From Octopus vulgaris (taxonomy: Eukaryota): a DNA stretch of 64,000 bases. The position numbers and the translations under genes are program-made. Shown in pieces: positions 57,078 to 64,000 of this stretch. The notes beneath the pieces are model-generated. The model saw nothing but the letters and a program-made list of their open reading frames with translations, had not been told where the DNA came from and did not search any database. The stretch spans positions 26,226,001-26,290,000 of the forward strand of contig OX597824.1 in NCBI GenBank assembly GCA_951406725.2, read 5' to 3'. Each line of letters begins with the position of its first letter. The first letter of the stretch is position 1.

Positions 57078-57558
57078 ATATGTATATATGTAAGTATATA
57101 TGTATATATATGTATATATGTATGCATATATATGTATATATGTATGTATATAGATATGTGTATATATATATATATATGTATATGTGCATATATATATGTA
57201 TATATGTATGTATATAGATATGTGTATATATATATATATATGTATATGTGCATATATATATGTATATATGTATAGATATATATGTATATATATGTATATA
57301 TATATATATATGTACATATTTGTATATAGATATGTATATATATGTATATATATATATGTACATATTTGTATATACATATGTATATATATATATTTATATA
57401 TATATATATGTACATATTTGTATATACATATGTATATATATATATTTATATATATATATATGTACATATATGCATATATGTATATAGATATATGTATACA
57501 TATATATACATATATGTATATGTATATATATGTATACATATATATGCATATATATATG

Positions 57559-57593
<35 letters not shown>

Positions 57594-57678
57594 ATATATA
57601 TGTATATATGTATGTATATATATGTATTCATACTCCGCCTGTGCTTGCTGGCAGTGTGTGGTTCCAGGCTTGTGCTTA

Positions 57679-57719
<41 letters not shown>

Positions 57720-57887
57720 ATATATATGTATGTATACATGTATATATGTACACGCACATATATATATATATATAGATATCTGCATAAGTTTATATAAATA
57801 TATATATATATATATATAAGTTTATATACATGTGTATATATATAAACAGGTATGTATATATACATATACATATCTATATGTGTATAT

Positions 57888-57964
<77 letters not shown>

Positions 57965-58012
57965 CATATATATCTGTGTGTGCCGAGATCTAATCTCTCT
58001 GTTTATTTTCAG

Positions 58013-58070
58013 TTGAAAGAAATGCCATTATCTATTCTAATTATTGGGATCGGGGACAAAGATTTCGAAT
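58013..58070 (+). CDS. Exon of the copine-like gene
   Basis: ttttcag|...T|gtaagt, encoding [19 protein letters not shown]; compare copine LPMSIIIVGVGxxDF. Phase matches the previous exon. Confidence 0.8.
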
Positions 58071-58176
58071 GTAAGTTGTTTTTACTCATTTAATTTTTTA
58101 TTTTACAAGTCATTTACATTTCTTTATATTATATGCATAATCCGACCAATACTTATATACATTATGAACTACTGTA

Positions 58177-58222
<46 letters not shown>

Positions 58223-58644
58223 TTTCCTGTCTCTCTCTTGCCATCCTCAAAGGCGTTCATAATATTCTTTCTTCGTTCTGGCTTAACAGCTCTCAATGTA
58301 TTACTGTTATTCTCCTTGTCCTGTCTTTTACTGTTTATATTTTGTACTGTCTTTACTGTCCTGTTTTTGTTACCATTTTTATCCCACCGCAAAAAAATAG
58401 CAAATTTTATTTAATCTGCTTTTGCGGAAAGGACTGTTTCAAAGCAGTCGTGTCTCGCCTTGACCTTCGAAACGCGGAGTAGATGAAATAGAGGCGGCTG
58501 AAGAAGGGGAATCTTCCTTGTGTTGTGTGTTTTGTACTCTATTTTTTCGTTGTTTAAGGTAAATGTCCATTTCCTTGGTTTTGTGTTTATGTTTTCGTTT
58601 CTCATTGTGTTCGACGTTTTTTGGTGTCCTGTACCCATGTATGC

Positions 58645-58677
<33 letters not shown>

Positions 58678-59753
58678 TGTAGGTACGTACATATATATAT
58701 ATATATATATATATAGATGTAGGTACGTACATATATATGTATGTATATATGCATGTGTCTTATTTATTAATTTGTTATATATATATATGTTCCTAGCTAC
58801 AATAGCGATAACATGAATTTATTCCATTTTCATAGTCTGTTAAAAGTAAACTTACATGAACGTGTCCTACTTGTTTAAATTCCGTTTATTTATTTGCATT
58901 TAAATTGATGTAATGATTGCATAGTTCAAATAAATGGAGCCGCTTGAAACGGCGGTACTGCATTATTACTTGTTATCGTGTTGTTTATTTTGAAACACGC
59001 ACACACACACACACACACACAAACACACAAACACACACATATATCTATATGTATATATACATCAAAGAGTGTAAGGAATGGAGAAGGTGGATCTAGACTA
59101 CATACGTTCCCAAGCTGTAAGATTGGTAAGATTGGCGCGAGGTGGGAATGTTGGCCTCCTCTACTAGCCAGCGGGGTGGCATCATTCAAAAACTAAAACA
59201 ATGTGGCCAGCTGTATATCACAACGTCCGATACCTGTTCAGTCACATCATCAGGTGATATGGTAAGTTGGCTGAAGATCCTTTGCACCCACAGGTGAAAC
59301 TTGCCTGAATATTCTTTGCACCCATAGGTGAAACGAAGAGTAGAAAAAATTGATCCAACCATGTCTAAAACGCTCTGACCACAGATTGGGGATATCTATG
59401 ACGTTGTCAGATAAGTTCGTTTGCTTCTTGTGTTTTTTTAGTTTGACTACTTGGCACCCCGTTTTCTTATATCTGAAATGGTAAAATTTATCCAAATTTC
59501 ACACACGATAAACGAAAGATGTAAGGGAAGAATAGAGCTAAAAATAATTCCCATAAAACACCATAAAGATATTTATATATTTGCGTTAATTCAACTAGCA
59601 TTCAAAAGAATGAAAATAAAGTGAACTGACAATATATAAACTATGACAATAGTAATTCCGAAATAATTCTGAATAGTTAAATATTCCCCTTTAGTTTAGG
59701 GCTGTTATAAGTCTTTCACATATTTATTCGCTTCTCATTCTTGATCATTGCAG

Positions 59754-59806
59754 TTTTCACTCGATTACAAGAAGACTATTCGGACGACAACGGTTTACGC
59801 TTAACG
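59754..59806 (+). CDS. Probable next exon of the copine-like gene
   Basis: ttgcag|...ACG|gtaagt; phase-compatible; FFTRLQEDYSDDNGLRLT. Confidence 0.6.
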
Positions 59807-59958
59807 GTAAGTTGTTAAAACAATCACAGACACGGGTCTCTCTCCCATTCTGTCTATCTATCTTTCTACCTCCCTCTCTCTCTTTCCTATACATGTACAC
59901 GTACTTGTAAGCAGACACACAAGCACACGCATATATGTACATACTTATAGATATATAT

Positions 59959-60009
<51 letters not shown>

Positions 60010-60043
60010 CATATATTTATATATACATTTTATATATATGTAT

Positions 60044-60082
<39 letters not shown>

Positions 60083-60152
60083 CATATATATAAATATGCA
60101 TATATGCATAAATATATATATGGATATATATATATACATATATATGTACATT

Positions 60153-60194
<42 letters not shown>

Positions 60195-60321
60195 TCTACC
60201 AAAAAATAAGCAACAAGAATGGATCCGGTAATTTAGTACAATTGTTTCATACTATAACAATTTATTAAAGCTGCAAATATTACAGCAAATATTACAGAAT
60301 TATCCCCCTAGTTGCATTTGT

Positions 60322-60735
60322 ATGATTAGGTCAAATTGTCCGGCATCTGGTCGTTGTTCAGTCCAAAATGTAATCTATAAATGTACTATAACAACTTCTA
60401 ATAGTAACTTTTTTTACTTCGGTTGTACAATTAATTTTAAACAGAGAATTAACAATCATCTTTCCTCTTTCCGATTAGATCATAATGCAGGTTGCACTAC
60501 ACTATCTAGAAAAATTTGGGAACTCAAAACTAATAATATTAAATATAACCTAAAATGGGAAATAGTTAGAAGGGCAATACCTTATAGAAATAATAGGGTA
60601 GGCTGTCAACCCTGTTCTATGGAGACCTATGAGATTTTAAAGTATAGAAAAAATAAAAATCTACTAAATAATCGTATAGAGTTGGGTCAGTCTTGTATTC
60701 ATTCAAAAATCAAAACTTTAAAATATTTTAAATAG
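60322..60735 (+). pseudogene. Penelope GIY-YIG endonuclease C-terminal fragment
   Basis: NCP.SGRC...VIYKC...YFGCT..FKQRINNHLSSF...TTLSRKIWELK...KWEI...C.PC..E...LLN.R.E...CIH. Confidence 0.85.
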
Positions 60736-61706
60736 AAATTTGAAGGTTCTCCTATTGTTGTTCTTTCTAACCGTATCTTTTTAATATAATAATAAATAGT
60801 AAATGTACTATGCTAACTTTTAATTGACTTTATAGTCAACTAAATTAACCTTATTTAAATCATAGAATTGCAAATTTTCCTAATTCTATTCTAAATTTAA
60901 CATGTAATACTATTCCCTTAGTTATACATTTGATTTTCACTATAAATTTGAATAGGTACAGTTCCCCTACCATTTGCTATTGATTTTAATTGACCTCTAG
61001 ATGTTGACCTAAATTCTTACTTACCATATAAAAATAAAAGTTAAAATATAAACAAAAATAAATAAATAGCCTTCTTTTCTAGTGTTAACCTTAATTTTCT
61101 TACTGTATCTTTCTCTACCGATAACCTATGACCCTTTTAGAGTTTTCCTTAGAACTTCCTTTATTTTAACTCCCACTATAAATTCTGATGGCTTTCAGTT
61201 GAAAGCAAGATGTGGTCAACCTTACAGTCTCTTAAGAATTTAAGATTCCTTCCACACTGACCTAGATTTTCTGTCACCATTGAAATAGACTGACCTTTCT
61301 TTTTAGTATTAATCTGTCTTTGTTTCTTTTACACCCCCACCAAATTTTTTTCTCCTGCTGTTCTTTTCTCCAGCTAATCAGCTTCCTTGACCTACTCTAC
61401 TATCATTCCTACTACTATAGAAATTTTCTTGCAACAGTTAGATGCGAACTTAATCATGGTCTGACTGGCATCTTTATTCATGTTTCCTGAAATTTATATT
61501 CACAACTTTATGAGTATATTTACCTTCTCTGGGATGTCACTAATTAATTTGAGAACTTTACACTGTTGGAAAGCATATATGATTTGCTTGGTATCTTGCT
61601 TCAAATTCCTGGAACTCACATCTACAACTTTATCGGTATATTTACACTCTCTGAGATGTTACTAATTGATTTGAAAACTTTACATTATTGGAAAACCTAT
61701 ATGAAA

Positions 61707-61791
61707 TTAGCTGAAGATTACTTGACATATTATATTTGCTGTAATATTTGCAGCTTTAATAAATTGTTATAGTATGAAACAATTGTACTAA
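61707..61791 (+). ncRNA. Type I hammerhead ribozyme motif in Penelope pseudo-LTR
   Basis: TTAG-CTGAAGA-[long stem II]-GAAAC-AATT-GTA-CTAA; palindromic stem III ACAATTGT. Confidence 0.75.
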
Positions 61792-61823
61792 ATTACTGGA
61801 TCCCTTCTTGTTGCTTATTTTTT

Positions 61824-61866
<43 letters not shown>

Positions 61867-61964
61867 GCATGCATATACATTTATATACAAATGCAAATTT
61901 AAAAATATACATATATATGTGTATGTATATATATACATATATATGTGTATGTATATATATATCT

Positions 61965-61997
<33 letters not shown>

Positions 61998-62336
61998 CAT
62001 GTATATATATATATGTATATCTACATATACATATGTATGTATATATGTATGTATGTATATATATATACATACACACATACACACACACACATAAATATAT
62101 ATACATATGTACACGTATTGCGTTTTGGGATTTGGTTTGCAAGATTCTTTATTTGAGTTCGTGTGTTGAATCATATTCTGTTGTGTGTGCAGAGAGTCAT
62201 TCTCTGTTAGTGCATTATAATTTAACACACACACCGGTAATATATCCACTCATTTACTTATTTATTTTTCTAAAATGTTTGTTGCAACGAAAATATATAC
62301 ATATGCATATATATATATACATACATGCATACATAC

Positions 62337-62870
62337 ATGGTGGCTGGACCCTCGTTATCGAGTATGGCCATTGCACGAAGCTTAATCAATGTTGTTATCG
62401 TGCAATGCCTGTGCAAGAAGATTTTGTTTATAAGGTGAGGAAAGGCTGTGCACTGAGTCAATCCCACTCACTAAGCAACAGCAGCCATAATCCGAAAAGA
62501 AGAACAAGTCAACATCATTAGTAACCACTGAGCCGCAGTTACCTGAGTTACCTCTTCCTAGAAGGATGCCCTAACAAAGGCTAGGAGTCCTTCACTCCCA
62601 ATAGTTTAACCGCGCGATCGGGTATTCAGTCCGATTATTTCTATTTCCCCCCGCATGATACAGCCTTAAGACATTTATTGGATGGCCGTTGACTCTCAAG
62701 AGTTCTTCCGCCCTTTGACGGGTTTCGTTTTTCATCCCGCAGGGTGTCCAATAAACACCCTCCTCACCAAGCAACTTTGGTGGGGTTGCCGGTTTAGTCG
62801 CCGACGACCCGACCATGCAACAGGTTGTACTGGGTTACATGTTACCAGTAGCACTCGAAAGTGACCTGAC
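62337..62870 (-). mobile_element. Higher-GC island between microsatellites, possibly a LINE 5' region
   Basis: Compositional contrast with the flanks; no recognisable protein motif. Confidence 0.3.
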
Positions 62871-62890
62871 ATACATACATACATACATAA

Positions 62891-62981
<91 letters not shown>

Positions 62982-63173
62982 CACACACACACACATATAT
63001 ATATACACACACACTCACATACATATAAATTTATACATATATATGTATACACATACATATATATGTATATACATATATATGTATGTATATACATATATAT
63101 GTATATATATATATGTATATATGTATATATATGCATATATGTATATGTATGCATATCCGTATATACATATATG

Positions 63174-63204
<31 letters not shown>

Positions 63205-63270
63205 GCATATATATATATGTATATATACGTATATATATATACATATAGATATACATCTATATATATATGC

Positions 63271-63311
<41 letters not shown>

Positions 63312-63915
63312 TATATACATGTATATACATATATATATATATATATTTATACATGAATATATATATATATAATATTCTCCTGTGTTACTAGTGCAAAGGC
63401 ACAATCTCTTCACTAGAGCGTTTAAATAAAGAAACGTTTTTCATTGAAAAATACAGAATACGTCTTAATATGGACGCATAACCAGCTTTTATCTTTTTAC
63501 ATATTTCAATTCACGATTATATCCCTGTATATAAATCCCCTCATCAAACAAGGTTTTCGAAACTTGTCTTTGTCTGTACATATATATTCCCCTCCCATTA
63601 CCGAAAACTGAAGAGTTATCTCCATTACCCACAACAATAACAATAATAACGATAACCAATTACCTCCCTTTATTTATCTACTTGTGAAGTCATTCACTCG
63701 TGAATATCATCACACAACATAGACAAAATTTCTTCTTAAGAAAAAATACATATTCAAATAAGTAAAACATAATATCATGAATAGCGATTGCGAAACCGGT
63801 CGATATATTAAAAAAAAAATTTAACTATGTAAGTGTACATATTTTCCTTTTTTAATTTCTGATATACATTACAACCCACCCCGTGGGGATAATCGAAATT
63901 CCTCTTTCCTGTTAC

Positions 63916-63963
<48 letters not shown>

Positions 63964-64000
63964 GTGTGTGTGTGTGTGTGTATAGTATATGTATATATAT

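Larger units (their letters stand above)
60197..61827 (+). mobile_element. 5'-truncated Penelope-like element (Neptune-like) with inverted pseudo-LTR ends
   Basis: 96-bp inverted repeats at 60197-60292 and 61732-61827, a GIY-YIG ORF and an HHR; (TA)n on both sides. Confidence 0.88.

Noticed and set aside
63690-63835. Downstream exon ending at gtaagt (~63829)
   Set aside because: All three + frames contain stops before the donor.

Overview
AT-rich eukaryotic (metazoan) DNA dominated by microsatellites and transposable elements. The repeat content resembles an octopus/coleoid cephalopod genome; that is an inference, not a database match. There is one 100-N gap at 50818-50917. The standout is a non-coding tandem array of about 7.4 nearly identical 482-bp units (44190-47739). 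Each complete unit carries a type I hammerhead ribozyme (HHR) on the - strand. The array ends in an inverted ~390-bp copy with a + strand HHR, and the whole block is flanked by a long direct duplication. This is the architecture of a retrozyme or Penelope-type non-autonomous element. Related HHR-bearing elements occur elsewhere: a Neptune-like Penelope GIY-YIG fragment with an HHR and inverted pseudo-LTR, a tRNA-headed SINE-like family with a minimal-HHR tail inserted as a head-to-head dimer, and many decayed HHR motifs. Also present are an apparently intact CR1-clade LINE whose 3' tail is shared with the local SINEs, RLE-type (R4/Dong-like), RTE and Tx1 LINE fragments, several Tc1/mariner/pogo remnants, non-autonomous Helitrons and three SINE families. 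Small + strand exons of a divergent copine-like (vWA) host gene are also detectable, and the array and LINE probably lie in one of its introns. All calls are from motif reading by eye; no searches or folding computations were run.
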